NCBI GenBank assembly: GCA_002189035.1
Contig: NEEC01000013.1
Location: 1,302,001 to 1,366,000, forward strand
DNA: 64,000 nucleotides
Reading direction: 5' to 3'
Source: Utricularia gibba
Taxonomy: Eukaryota > Plantae > Magnoliophyta
The stretch's first letter is position 1; the number at the start of each line of letters is the position of its first letter. The notes under the pieces are model-generated. The model had not been told where the DNA came from and ran no database searches. It saw nothing but the letters and a program-made list of their open reading frames with translations. A program made the translations under genes and the position numbers. Shown here one piece after another: positions 24,596 to 37,733 of this stretch.

Positions 24596-27500
24596 ATGCC
24601 AGGAGTCGTAGAAGTTCTGGGTATGGCACCCTTTCCGAAAATGGCATCTTGATCATGTTATTTTGATTGTGAGGGGATACTGTTGTTGATCCTGAGAACG
24701 TATTTGGTTGTTGTAGTGCTTGAGTTCAAAGGCGTTTCGTCTTCATCTAAGCCTTCTGCAAAATCCCTGAAAGGCAAGTGTTATAGAGAAAGTTTTTTCT
24801 TTGCTGCGGTTCATTATTGACAGTTTTTCACGTTATGTTGTTTGTGTATCAGTATCTATGGGGAAAAGACAGTACCACATTTGGGACAGAGGGGAATTCT
24901 CCTTGTAATGATTTTGAACTCCCAACTTAGATTCATGATGAAGAAAACCTTGTAACGTGAGAATTACTTAGCAATATTGCAGTTTTTTACAGCCCTATAA
25001 CGAAACTTCGTGAGGATCTAGTCATTGCTCTAATGGATGCTTCTGGCAATGAGATTGGACATGCAGGTGAAGCTAGTTAAAAGCATTATTACTGCCTTTT
25101 TGGAACTCCGAGGGAAGTTCTAGATGACTGTTTTATGGCAGATATCAGGACTTTGGAAATAATTGAGAGGGGGTATTGGGATGAGGTTTTTACTATCACT
25201 GGAAGTGGTCATGTGCACATGAAGTTGCAATTTGTCCTCAGTGAAGATGAGAAAAACCGCATTCGTGTTATGGTACCTATCTAAACCTTCCTCAAGCATT
25301 TGGAAGTTGCTCATTTTAAAAATACGGCTTAAACCCTCGTGTGACATTGCCAAACATGATGAACTAATCCACGTGTTGTTAACTCCATGTTTTTCTTGTT
25401 GCTATAGAGAGAATCTGCATTGAAGAAGAAACCTGTGATGGATTTAAGCCTCAATCACAGACTAGTAGATACGACCGTATCTAGATATGCTTCTTCACAG
25501 AAATCCATGAACAATGAACATAAAGACATAGGTTAGTTCTTGCTTCTACATCTGGACCACCTCTTTTGGCATTTAAGTATGGAGTAACTTTGCAAATACA
25601 GCATTGATTTTTGAATTGTCTCATTGCAAGGAGACAATTTAATCTGGGTTTTTTTTCTTTGTGCATATCTTGAGATTCCCAAAAGAAGTTCGTTCAAGTA
25701 AACGATACAAGGCCAAGAGCAGAAGCCTCTGGAGCTAGTTCACCTCTTAAGTCTATTACTTCCTCTGCTGTCTCAATATCTAATCAGCAATTGGAAGAGG
25801 CAGTCGTAGCTAAAAGTGAATTCCAAGATCCTGAGCCATTGTCTGTATGAGTTTCTGCTCTTGTCTCTGCAATTTTTCATTGAACAAGTTTTTTTCCTTT
25901 TTATCATTCTACCAGTCGAACTTATCTCCATCAGGATTCTTCACATCCAAGCCAAAATGCTCTGTTGTCTCATGGGGTGGATAGAGCTGAGATCGGTGAA
26001 GAACATCATACAGTGCCAGATGAAATAATAAAATATCAGCAGCCTCATGTAAAATCTGACACTGCATCAGTGGATACTCGAGGTTCTTCTGAATCTCCTG
26101 CTTCAGAAAAGGTCTTTGTTCCCACCCGACAGAAAGATGTTTCTAAGCAAAAATCACCAAGCAAGGTGAGGAGAATCGTTAGTGCCTTCGAGGACACTCG
26201 ATTTCAGGTAATTTGTAATGCTTTTGCGCTTCTGGTGGTGATATGAATGCAGTTTCTCTGATCATGGATTCATACATCTAGGAGCCGGTTCTTGGAACCT
26301 CTGAAACGGAAGTAAAAATCTTTAGAAAACGTTCATCTGTTTCACCGCAATTTAGGAAGGAGCAACCAAATGCATTTGGGATTTCTTTGAATGACACAGC
26401 TCAGAGCGAACAGAAAGAGAATATTTCCAAACCTTCATCTGTTTCATACCAATCTAGAAAGGAGGAATCAAATGCATCTGGGATAGCTTGGAATGAAGCT
26501 CAGAAGGAGCAGGCAGAGAAAAATGTCAAGCCTTCACCTATTTTGTCACAGTTTCAGATTGAGGAACCGAATGGAGGTGCTACTCAATTTAAGAATGAGG
26601 AACAGTGTGCGTTCGAGATAGCTCAGGATGAAAGTGCTCAGAAAGAGCAGGAAGAAAAATTTGTCAAACCTTCACCGATCCTGTCCCAAATTGGAAATGA
26701 GGAATCAAAAGCATCTGGTATAGGTTCTAATGAAACTGCTCAGAAGGAGCGGGAAGAAGGAAATGCCATCACAGAGAGGCTAAGCGCCATGAGTTCAGAA
26801 GGAATGATCAGCGAACAATGTCAGTGTAGGATTGAGGAGGAGAATGCATTCGGGATAGCTCAGGATGAGAGTGTTCAGAAAGAGCAGGAAGAAAAAGGTA
26901 AACCTTCACCGGTGTCGTCCCAAATCAGGAATGAGGAATCAGATGCATGTGGTGTAGTTTGGAATCCTGCTGCTCAGATGGAGTGGGAAGAAATAAATGA
27001 CAACATGTTGAGGCAATCCACAGGGACAAGCGCAATGAGTTCAGAAAAAATGATCAGCAAACAATTCCAAATTACTGAAGATCACAGGTATTCTGATGAG
27101 ATATTGCCTCATGAATCTTCACCTTCTGGAACTGCAAATCAGATACATACTGCCCCAAAGAGCACAACATCCATCCATGCTCAAGATGCTCCATTTCCGA
27201 AGCCACTATCTCTCAATTCTGAGCTTGAGGATTATTACTCATCCCAAAGCTCCGGTATGTGGATATTTCCAGACAATGAAGGGCGCTTGTGCATCACGAC
27301 GACGGGTAAGCAGGTTGCGAAGACAGTGAAACATCAACAAGAATACAGTGATGGCTCTAAGAAAAGTTCTCCGCATTCACAAATTCTACACAAGGTACGC
27401 TGTTGAGATGCTGAATATCTGCTCTCACTGACTTTTTATGATGAACAACAAGCATCTGAATGCAATCTCTAGGATGATGAAAGGTGTAGTACTGATGCTG

Positions 27501-28005
27501 AAATGGTTACAACATCAATTAAAACTGTGGATGCTCCTAACATTGGATCTAGCGGCTCCAAAGATGGATCAAATGGATTACTCAAACAGGTATACTCCAA
27601 TATCTCCATATAAAAGGTTCTTTTTTTTTTTTTTGGAGGAAAACACAAGGGGGTTAATCAGTCATAAACATCACCCCCAAGTTCATCCTTCTTACAATCA
27701 TGCTTTGTTGCAATCTGAGCTACGGAGTGTTACTCGTTCCAGGTAATAAAACTTGTCGTCATTTTGGGATTTGGAGTTCTGATTATCCTCACCAGAGAAA
27801 AGGAGCCACGGTACACAACCAAGAACTTTTCTTTTTTCCCAGAAATGGCACCACACCACACCCGCGCACACAGTCTTCTTTCCCTTAACAACGCAGTTGT
27901 CTTTTCTGCCTCTGGCTTATCTGTCAACGATGCAATTCTTACAGGAAGAGAAGCGCCAAAGAGAAAGACAGTGTTTTTCCCACATCAGATCACTGGAATT
28001 ATTGA
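24596..28005 (+). CDS. Uncharacterised plant protein: conserved N-terminal C2-like region, long acidic repeat region and C-terminal TM anchor
   Basis: Spliced N-terminus MPGVVEVLVLEFKGVSSSSKPSAKSLKVSMGKRQYHIWDRGEFSFPITKLREDLVIALMDASGNEIGHADIRTLEIIERGYWDEVFTITGSGHVHMKLQFVLSEDEKNRIRVMRESALKKK, which resembles a conserved plant family of unknown function. Large exon about 26283-27394. C-terminus VIKLVVILGFGVLIILTREKEPRKRSAKEKDSVFPTSDHWNY*. Some middle exon boundaries are uncertain. Confidence 0.8.
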
Positions 28006-28282
28006 TGCCACGGAAGAAACAAAAAGGGAGAGAGAAGCATGAAGATAACTGTCCTGAGATGAAGTTTGGTCGCTAACAGCTATGCCACCATTGCACTCGG
28101 TGCAAGAGCTTCTGTTAACAAACGAGCAAGCACCTTACTGCTTCTACACCGAGTTCTTATGAAAATGAGAATTTTTAAAATGCAATCTAATTGATTCCAT
28201 ATTTTCAAATGACATCACTTAACATCTAAGGTAGATTTATTTATATTTTCAAATAAATGTATATTAAAAATTACTATATTTA

Positions 28283-28567
28283 GAGGTTGTTTGGTAATAA
28301 AGTAATAGTATATTTAAATATAATATATATATATATATTTAATTATAGATAACTTTTGTATTCAAAAATAAAAATTTAAGTATATGAATAATTTAAATAT
28401 AATTAATTTTTCACTTACTTTCATCCATATATATTATTCATATGTTCAAAAAATAAATAAATAAGTGATATAGTCATATAAAATTAGTATACATATTAAT
28501 TAATCAAATAGTGATTTATATGTAAATATAAATATAAATCTTTTATATCATACTATCAAATATTTTC
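28283..28567. mobile_element. Tourist-like MITE, about 285 bp
   Basis: Left TIR GAGGTTGTTTGGT, degenerate right TIR (8/13 match), TTA on both flanks. The interior is homologous to 46622-46855. Confidence 0.55.
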
Positions 28568-29093
28568 TTACTAAATACATTTTTAAAATATGCTCATCTT
28601 ATTTTTAATTATTTTTATATTTATTTTAAATACATTATCAAGTATAATAATATTTTTAATATAAATTTTATAAAACTAACAATCAAACATATTTTTAATG
28701 ATGCAAATCATTTAATTATATCACTAATTAAATTAATTCATAATACAATTATATTTTTTAGGGCCGCGAATATAAACAACGGTCTGTGTTGCTTCGCATT
28801 TTGCACGCGATTTGCCGACGAAGACGAACAATTCTCATCGTCGAAATTTCTAAGCGATTTTTGTCCCAGAACACATCATTGACTCGTCTTCTCGAAACCC
28901 ATCGCTATTCCCTTCTTTTCTCTTCCTGTGTTTTTGACGGTGTGCCACGAGCTTCCTGATCTTTGAACAAATAAAGTCACTCTTTGCAACCGCCGAATCT
29001 TCCAGAACTATATAACGCGCATTCCCGGCATCTCATGAAGGAGACGAAGCGTACGCACATTTCGAGAGACGAAGAGGGGAGCGTGTTTGCGAA

Positions 29094-30034
29094 ATGGCAG
29101 ATGCAGTTGCATTATCTACCTTGCTTTTGAATTGCTGTTCCGGCACGTCGAGCTTATTTCCACCGGCGGGTGTACCCAGTAATCAGGGAAGATTCCGGAG
29201 AAGACCAGCAGTTTCAGTGTCGGAGTTTTTCCCATTTTCTGTAAGAACCCAACAGCGATTCCCCACTCTTAAGGTCAGGATTCTTACTTGTCTGCTCATC
29301 TCCCGGTGTTTTGCTGCGTTTTTCTTCTGCGTGCTTTTTCACTGATATCAGCCTTGGTATCTATCAGGTGCATGCAGCTCTTGGTGAAACTGAGCAGCCC
29401 AAATGGTGGGAAAAAAATGGTAGCTCCAACATGATTGACATCCACTCCAAAGAAGAACTTGTGAACGCCTTTAGACTGGCTGGCGACCGGCTTGTCATTG
29501 TTGAGTTCTATGGAACATGGTGCGGTTCTTGCCGAGCACTACATCCAAAGGTAATCAATTTTCTGCAACTGAATTCCCCTCTTTGAAGGAGCGTAACAGT
29601 AACAGCAGCTCTGTTCAACAGCTTTGCAAAACAGCTCAGGAGCATGGAGATATCTTGTTTTTAAAGGTGAACTTCGATGAGAACAGGGAAATGTGCAAGG
29701 CTTTGAACATCAGGGTGCTTCCTTATTTCCACTTCTACCGTGGAGCTGATGGGCTGTTGGATTCCTTTTCATGTTCCCCTACAAAGGTAAGTAAATGCAT
29801 TGATTTTAGTACCAAACTTTAGAATCATCAACACCCCCAAATGAACCCAAATGTAAGACTTTACCATCAGAAGGACACACTTGATCATTGGTTGTTGCTC
29901 CCCTTCAGTTTCAGAAAATGCGAGATGCGATCAATCGGCATAATGGCGCTCGTTGCAGTCTAGGAGATGTTATCCTGGAAAGTTCACCTCCTTCTAAGGA
30001 GAAGAAGCTGCATGAATCAACTGGAGCATTTTGA
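29094..30034 (+). CDS. ACHT: Atypical Cys/His-rich thioredoxin (ACHT/lilium type), chloroplastic
   Basis: Transit-peptide-like exon 1, then [34 protein letters not shown] (WCGSC active site) and [15 protein letters not shown]. 4 exons; stop TGA at 30032-30034. Confidence 0.92.
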
Positions 30035-30274
30035 TATGTAGCAGCAAAATCATGAGTTACATAGGCCATATTCTTTTACAAGCTTTAGAATCGTTATTCT
30101 TTCAGATTCATAACAATTATAGTCTGCAAATAAGATGTGATGCCTGATGGTTACCTTTATTTTGCCTAGTTTACTGAAATGGGTAGTCGAAACCCAAATT
30201 CAAATATAAACTGGAACATGAATTCCTCAACCAGTCATCCTGGCTGGATTGTCTTTCAATGATCGAATCATGTG

Positions 30275-31699
30275 CTAGACGACAGAAGCAAGACTGGTAG
30301 CCATGACTTGAAGCAGTCCCTTGGGGTTATCGACATGAACCCAATGCCCAGCTTTAGGAAGTACATGAACTGATACTTTACCTTCATCTTCATGGGGATG
30401 CTTCAGTTTAGTGGTTTCAAGTTGCTGAATGACATCAGGTTTCCATCTGTCGCTTTCTGCAGCACGTAGAATGTGGATCTCCATGCCTTTAGGTGGGTGC
30501 TCTAACAAGGGCCAGTAGTCATTCTCCCTGAACCAATTTAAAATAGCTTTTTGAAACCAGAAAAGCAGTAAAGAATGGCGGCTATAAAAGCAACCTGTAT
30601 GAATGGAACATCTGAATAGCTCCATCAAGATTGAAAGCCCAATTAAATTTTTCTCCGGATTTGTTTAAGTTGGTTCCAAGCCATTCTGACAAAGACTTCG
30701 AGTACCCTAGCTCCAGCAAGTGATCTACCAGCCACCTATCAAGAAAACGATGACCTTCAGCCTCGAAATATTATACCAAGCAACCACAAAGAATCGCATC
30801 AAAGACAACTTCTTTGGGTCCTCCCGATACCTGATGCCTCAAAGCCTTTCCCATCTGAAAGTACACATCTTAAAGGTGCTTGAAACAACACGACTTAATA
30901 GAAAAGAGGCATAAGAATACCTCCTTGAGGGTATCGTTGAAGGTAGACTTTGCAATGTATTGAGAACTCTCTCCACTTCTCCATTGTTATCATCTGAGCT
31001 CAACTTGCCAGGTACAGAGTCCAAAACCCATAGCTGCTCTGCAACAGGTTTACATAATTTCATATGATAGTTCAATAAAAAGCATTTCCATAATCTCAGA
31101 TGATTCCTGCGAGGCACAAATCCGTGAAGCCAACGACTTAGGTGTACCTGTTTGGGTAAGCTGATAACGCTTCCATAATGCCCATTAGCACAACTCTGAG
31201 CGAACTGCAAAGCAACCTTTCCACCCAATGAGTGACCTATAACAACATCAGGCCATTTCCAGCCCTCCGACTTCACTAAGTTGGCCAGGTCCTTGGCCGC
31301 GTTATCAAGATCATGAGGTGGTAAACATCCTTTCAGTTCCGCAGACTTCCCATGATTCCTCAAATCTACCATAACCAACTTCCACTCTGCCCCCAATCAT
31401 CATAGTGAGAAAACCAGAATACATAAAGCATCATCACATAAAAGAGAAAAAACTATCCACTTACGGGCAGGCAAAAGCGCACTCGCGAGTGAGCGAGAGA
31501 ATGAACGCCAATTCCGGCCCGATCCAAGAAGGCCGTGGACTACAAACGCAGTGAACGCATGTGGATTCTCTGGAGACGGTTTAACCTCTTCAAATGCCAA
31601 CGTTTGCAAAGAACGGCGATGGAGCCGTACCGGATTTCCCCCGGTCAGGAACCCAATCGGTCGGAGACGACGCACATAATCGTTCATCAATTTCCGCAT
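30275..31699 (-). CDS. ABHD11: ABHD11-like alpha/beta hydrolase (probably mitochondrial)
   Basis: MRKL...RRSLQTLAFEEV, VHGLLGSGRNW, VDLRNHG, nucleophile elbow GHSLGGKVA, LWVLDSVPG and catalytic His motif AGHWVHVDNP. The five exons splice in frame. Confidence 0.9.
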
Positions 31700-32311
31700 G
31701 TCTCTTCGTACCGTACCCAATCGCAACCCCGATAGACCAAGCAACAGAAGAAACAAACAAGTACGCTGACTGCCATTAAAACGTCGTCGTCTTCGCGTAA
31801 ACAAAATTTCCTTTTTCTTAAAAAAAAAAAGAATAAAAAAACCACATAATCTCAGTAGAACAGAGAACAAGGCTTTGTTTCTTCTGAACTGCACACGACT
31901 GTGAAGATCGCCCGCAGCTCAAAAGAGCTTCGAGATGACATGGCATGGCGTCCGGAATGCCGTGGAAGTAGCGCCGGGAAGGGCGGGGTTTTGATAAATT
32001 CTGTTCGCCGGTCAGCACACACAACCCAGATCAAGCACATGAACAAGCAGAAATCAAGTTCTTGATGCCTTTTTAAACAACAGCAGACTGCGAATAGCTC
32101 AATTCTACACCCCAGAACTCAACGAGGTCAACAGCCGTAGAGGGAGAGTAGATTGATTAGTGATGCTAAAAACTCCAGAAAGAGTGACGATTTCCAAATG
32201 ACGCCGGAGACGACCCACAGCGACGATTACCTCAAAACCCATATCGGGAAAAACACTTATTTGAGCATGTAGTAGTATCTACGATACAAAACTGCAGGTT
32301 AATCCTGCTGC

Positions 32312-34430
32312 TCACATTGAAGCTTCTTCGTCAGAGGTTGGATTGCTGACCTCGCCACCGCTTTCACTACTATACTTGTCATCACAGGAAGGAGATTCGA
32401 TCAACTTCGTTCGCTTCTTGCTTACCTCATCTTTAGCACTGCGCCGTTTTCGGCGTTCTTTTCGATGCCCCATTGAGTGTGCGGCTTCCATGAACGCAGC
32501 GCTGATGTTCTTTTCCTCCTCACTTCCCTGTGCCTCTGCCCCTTCGTTATCTATGAAAAAGAGTGCATCCGATTCTGGCTTCGGTTCCATGTTATGGTCC
32601 ACAAGTTTGTCTTCATCTTCCTTCTTAGTGAAAGCAGCCCAGGAACAACACACATCATCGTCAAATATCTTGAATCCCCTCTTCTCAAAGTCTAGCATCC
32701 ACTCTGCAAGCCATGGAAAGCAGGTGAAAGGGAATAAAACAGAGTGAAGCAGAGGTGGATTGATGGAGCTGGAACTACCTAGATATGCTTTTGGTGATGA
32801 CCCTCTTGGTTCACTGTCGCTGAAGCTACCTCCGACCATACTCCTGATCCATCCAATAACGAAGATACGAAATGTAGAACTCGTGAAGTTGTCCAAATAG
32901 GAAATGGCTTTTGCTTGGTTTCCATGCTCACTGCACAACAGAGTAATGGATATTCATAGATAATCCCTTGTAAACGATGCTTCTAGCTTTACAATCAGTC
33001 ACTACCTAAATGACTCAACAGCTTTATGGGCGACCATCAGTCGAGTAAATATGATGTATTGTACTTCCTCCATTGGTAGTTGATCCAAACTCTTTGCACT
33101 TAGGAAAGAGTACTCCACCAATACCAAAGCATCTGAAAGCACATTCCTCAGAAGACCCTCAGTCTTGGGGCTCTACAGAAAAGGGTGGACTTAGTGTAGC
33201 AAATATTAATCCTATTCGATGAAAATGAAATGATGTGGAGAACACTAGCAAACATAGATGACACAATGATACACATAGATCAAGAAATGGTCATCTAAGA
33301 TGAGGCATTATTTGCATCTTGCAAGAAATGCACAGCATGAAACCACTAAAAGAAATGAACAGAAGTGCCACTGTTTGAAGCTTCACTAACCATGCCGAGA
33401 GTGGCAGGGAAAACCGGTTCCAATAGCATGCTTGTGAGTGCCACTGCAACAACAGAAAAAGAATGGCAGATAATTGTAGTATTTTGCACAGACATTTCTA
33501 AATTTAAGCATCCAAAACAGTAAATAGAAGATCCTGGTTTGTTCGATGACTAAGAATCCAAGGTTGAAATCCAACAAAGAGACAATCTGCGCAACCAAAT
33601 ACTAGCAAAGAATAAAACAAACCATAGCAGTATGAGCTCTGAAATCCGGTAAGGGAGACAACTATCCAAGATCTAAGCTCGTCAGATGAGTTGACTCTGG
33701 AATGGTTGAATTGGATTTTCCAGCATAATTTGCATAAAACAAGTTCGGCGGTCACAATTCCAGCAAGCTCACGCATACCGAGTTTTCCCACAGCAACCAT
33801 TCTACCAACAGTGTGCCCCAAAAACGGAAAAAAGTCAGAGAAAGAAAAATTCGTGTTCATCACCCCATTATCTAATGACCAGAGCTTAACCAAATCACTC
33901 AAAGGAAAGATAAAATCGTCCAACTCAGACTTCAATTCAGGAGCATTACTGCAAACACATACATAGCCAAGAATGGAGCCTAACAAGCTCTCAATTTCTC
34001 GATTAACCTTCTTCTTTTCCTTGGACCCCAACAGAAAGCCCTTTTGCAGATCTGATATAAAATTTTGAAGAACGTACTCAAGCGGCGCAAGTAAAGCTAT
34101 GCTTTTTACAGGATTGCAAGAAGCAGAGGAAGACACTATGAGCTGAAAGAAGTCTCTGATCCTAGCAATTCGCTGAATAGGCTCAACTTCTGAGGTGCCG
34201 GAGCTAAGGAAACTTAACGATGAATACACCCAAATGGATTCTAGGCATGGGTCAACTTTACATTGCAAAAGTTCCTGGAATTCTGAAACTAAACCATAAG
34301 AATTCTGTAAGCCAGACTTTTCTATGGAGGCTAAGAGCTCTTCGATTTTCTGTGACATCACTACTTGGTAGCTTCTACCGATCAAAAGCGGAGGAATACT
34401 GGAGTTCGGAGAACCATCAACGGACGCCAT
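32312..34430 (-). CDS. Uncharacterised plant-specific protein with an acidic/basic C-terminal tail
   Basis: Start MASVDGSP at 34430. Five in-frame exons contain DPCLESIWVYSSLSF, KSIALLAP, SMLLEP, KAISYLDNF, GSSPKAYL and LFFID, ending GGEVSNPTSDEEASM*. From recall it resembles the At5g11780-type family (unverified). Confidence 0.8.
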
Positions 34431-35143
34431 GAGCGGGAGCCGCCGGCAGTTGAGAACATTTGTCTCCGATGACAAGGGGTTTATCAGAGGAAACGGAATC
34501 ACTACGGATCTACTTGGGCCGAGCCAGCCCCATAGGGTGTGAAATAAGGCCCGACCCGTAATGGTTGTATTAATAATATATTTATTCAAATTTTTCGCAT
34601 TAATTAAAGATATATTTATAAGAATTTTCCAAAGGCAAAGAGGAGAAAAACCCCTAATCACCTGGTGCCCAATTCTTCACTGGGAATAGGCAGCTCGTAA
34701 GTTCAATTCTCAATACTTCTGTATCCTTGCAGCCGGATCTGTACTTGAATGCTTTTGGTCTGTAGACCTTGTCCATTGAATTCGTTTCTTGTTTTTGATG
34801 AATGCTATCCACTGATTCTATTGATGTCGTTCGAATTTAAGATTACACTGTGTTTCCCTGGTAACTCTTGTGATTCAGTTTCCGGATTCAGATCTTTATG
34901 CTTGCTTGTGTTCTTTTGGGGGCCTCGCCAGTAATTATCACATATATGCGATTGTCGGTTGAGTTTTGCGTTGTGTGAAGTGGGTTTAGAAGGTCTGTCT
35001 ACTAATTTCAATTTTTTCTGTGTATTGGTGAATAGATTGGGTTTTCCTGCGAATAATGGTTCTAGGCTTCAATTATCTGTTATCGGTAGATTATTTTTAA
35101 TGTGGGATTCAGTTGTTTTCTCCTGATTTCATATTCAGATTAG

Positions 35144-35941
35144 ATGGCGTCCAAGCTTCACCAACTACAAAGTAAGGCTTTTCAGGCTACCCAGTTCATC
35201 TCCAAACATGGAAATGTCTACTATAAGCAGCTACTAGAACAGAATAAGCAACACATCAAGCAACCACCAACGATTGAGACGTGCGATGAATTATCTAAGC
35301 AGCTGTTCTATACCCGCCTTGCGAGGTTATCCACTGGCTATAATGCTCTGGTTCTTTTTCTTTGTTCATTTTAAAGAATCCCAGCTATATCTTGGGTCGT
35401 AGTGACTGTTCTTTTTATCCATGTGAAATTCATAGTAGATACGTATTGTATATCACATAAGGCTAATGCTGAATATATGGAAGCTCTGTTTGTGGTATTA
35501 GCTCGTTTGTGATGTTGGTATAGAAGGATTCTCTTGTTTACATAGATTCGTCCTGAGTTTTTAGATTTCCAAGGGTGAGAGGCTTTAGGGAACCATTTAT
35601 GCGTAGGTGCACAGTTAGGCCACTGAATTGCTGATGAAATTCCACCTATTTATCAGCGTTTTACTTTTTCCTAGACTCCGTGATAGTTAGGCACGGTTGT
35701 ATGGAAGATATTGAAGATGATTAATGTTTTCATTTCCCTTGACACTTCTTGCAGTGTACCAGGCCGTGTTGAATCATTCTGGAAAGAACTTGATTACGTT
35801 AAGAATTTGTGGAAGCACCGACAGGAGCTCAAGGTTGAGGATGCTGGCATTGCTGCCCTATTCGGTCTCGAATGCTTTGCATGGTATTGCGCAGGCGAGA
35901 TAATCGGAAGAGGATTTACGTTCACCGGTTACTATCCTTGA
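35144..35941 (+). CDS. Mitochondrial ATP synthase subunit g
   Basis: Exons 35144-35325 and 35755-35941: MASKLHQLQSKA...LSKQLFYTRLASVPGR...GLECFAWYCAGEIIGRGFTFTGYYP*. Confidence 0.95.
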
Positions 35942-36370
35942 AACCCATTTTTTTTCAGAAGCCAGCAATGAACCAATCGGAGGAGGAATCATCCATCATA
36001 TTTGGTTTCAGAGCCAAAGAACCCATGTTTGATTGCTTAATAATCGTTTTTGTACAAGCGACCATGTTATGGCAGGTTGTTGCCCCTTCTTATATTTGCA
36101 ACGAGAGTAGCTGCTCCAAGGGAAATAAATGCCTTGGAAGGAAGACATGTTTGTTTGAGCACTGAAGGTTTCCTTTCTCCAATAAGGATTTGTTCATATT
36201 TCTTCAAAAGTGTAGTTTTTTATATTTTTTGAAATTGGGTGGTAGTATTTGGAGATTCATCAAAGATTCCTAAAAATTTTAGCACGATTTTTTCGTGTTT
36301 TGAAAACAAATGTAGTAGGATGATTTACTTATTGTCGGGATCCTAGCCATCGGCGAGTGATTTGGTTGAA

Positions 36371-37733
36371 ATGGTATTCATGAATGATCTTCCCGCGCCG
36401 TTGATCGTAGAAATGGTATTCATGAATGATTCGGCCGATCTCTTCCGATGCCGCCTCGTCTCAAAAACCCTAAATTCACTGGTGCCCGAAGTTCGATCTA
36501 TCTATCTATACTATTCCGGCAGCCGCTGCGAGGAATCCCGGTCCCCATTGGCCTCTGGTTCAGTTACCCCTTTCAAGGAAACCATCAAAAAACTGGTTTT
36601 TGCGTTGAATGTCGTGGAGAAGATTTCAGTTTGCACCCCGGAACCAATGGGCGTCTTTGGGAATGCCGATGTTGATGATGGGAATGATTTGAATCTCACC
36701 GATGTTGATTTTCTCTCCGAGTGGCTGCCCAAGGTTTGTGGGATTTGAGGTCCCTTGAGATTAGGAGTTATTCTGCCCAGAGCACCGGAAAGCAGTCCCA
36801 TATGCTTTCTCATTTCCTCTATTTGTAAGTTGAATCCTTATGCTTGATGTTCTGTACAGGCATTATGTGTAGTCATTGGAAGATATAATGGCTTTTTGCA
36901 TCAGGTACGAAACTTTCTGCTGATGCCATACTTTCTACAGCAAGTCTCACTTCTTTGACTCTGAAGTACATAAAAATGGAGCTTCCCGTTTCTCCGAGAG
37001 CTCAGTCTGATAAATGTTGGGGAGCTTAAAGATCCCAAGATCATCTTGATGCACTTGAGAATTTGCCATTGGCTTCTTCCCAGCACCCCAAACTCAATAG
37101 CAGTCATTGCGCCCCACCTGGTGAAGCTCACTCTAAAGTCCATGACTCCAAAACGGCTTTTCATCTGGGCTCCATGGCTATCCTTCTTGAACCTTTTCGT
37201 GAACAAGGGGTGCCACATCACAGTAGGGGACTTCAATCAGCTGGAAAACCTTTATCTTGACTCCTCTGATCTTCACGACGTGATTGCATCTTTTCCTAAG
37301 TTCGGCCTCAGTATCAAAAATCTGCATATGGTCTCAACAAGGGCTCTGCCTCTGGGGATTCATCATCCAGAATCGATTCTTAAGGTGATTACGTATAAGT
37401 TTCCAAACATCTGCTGTCTTATACTGGATCCCTATATCTGGACTGAGATCGAAGAGTACAACGCCAAGGGATACTTTCTATCAACTATCGACACGCCGGC
37501 GTTGGAGGATATCACCGTGTATCTGAAGATCTGAACTCACCGTAGATGCGATCTCCTTTCTGGTGGGCAGCTACAGCCAGCTGCAATACATGACAGTGCT
37601 CATTCACTCTGATGCGATGTGCCATGTCGCTTGGAGCCTTGTTGCAGGTTGCAAGGCGCTTGATCCTGATGCGAGGGCACGGAGGATCTCCGGTTGCCGG
37701 ATGGCTTCGTCGACACTGGCACGGATGTTTTGA
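36371..37733 (+). pseudogene. Degenerate tandem copy of the downstream F-box/LRR gene
   Basis: Collinear with 38107-39796 (RCRLVSKTLNSL, LTDVDFLSEWLPKV, LKDPKI.LMHL..CHW, LIHSD). It carries at least three frameshifts (about 36741, 36988 and 37533), two deletions in exon 2 and an altered F-box core. Confidence 0.85.

Noticed and set aside
34431-34661. N-terminal extension of ORF 33504..34661
   Set aside because: Covers the divergent promoter (site II motifs, AT-rich core). The likely start is ATG 34430.
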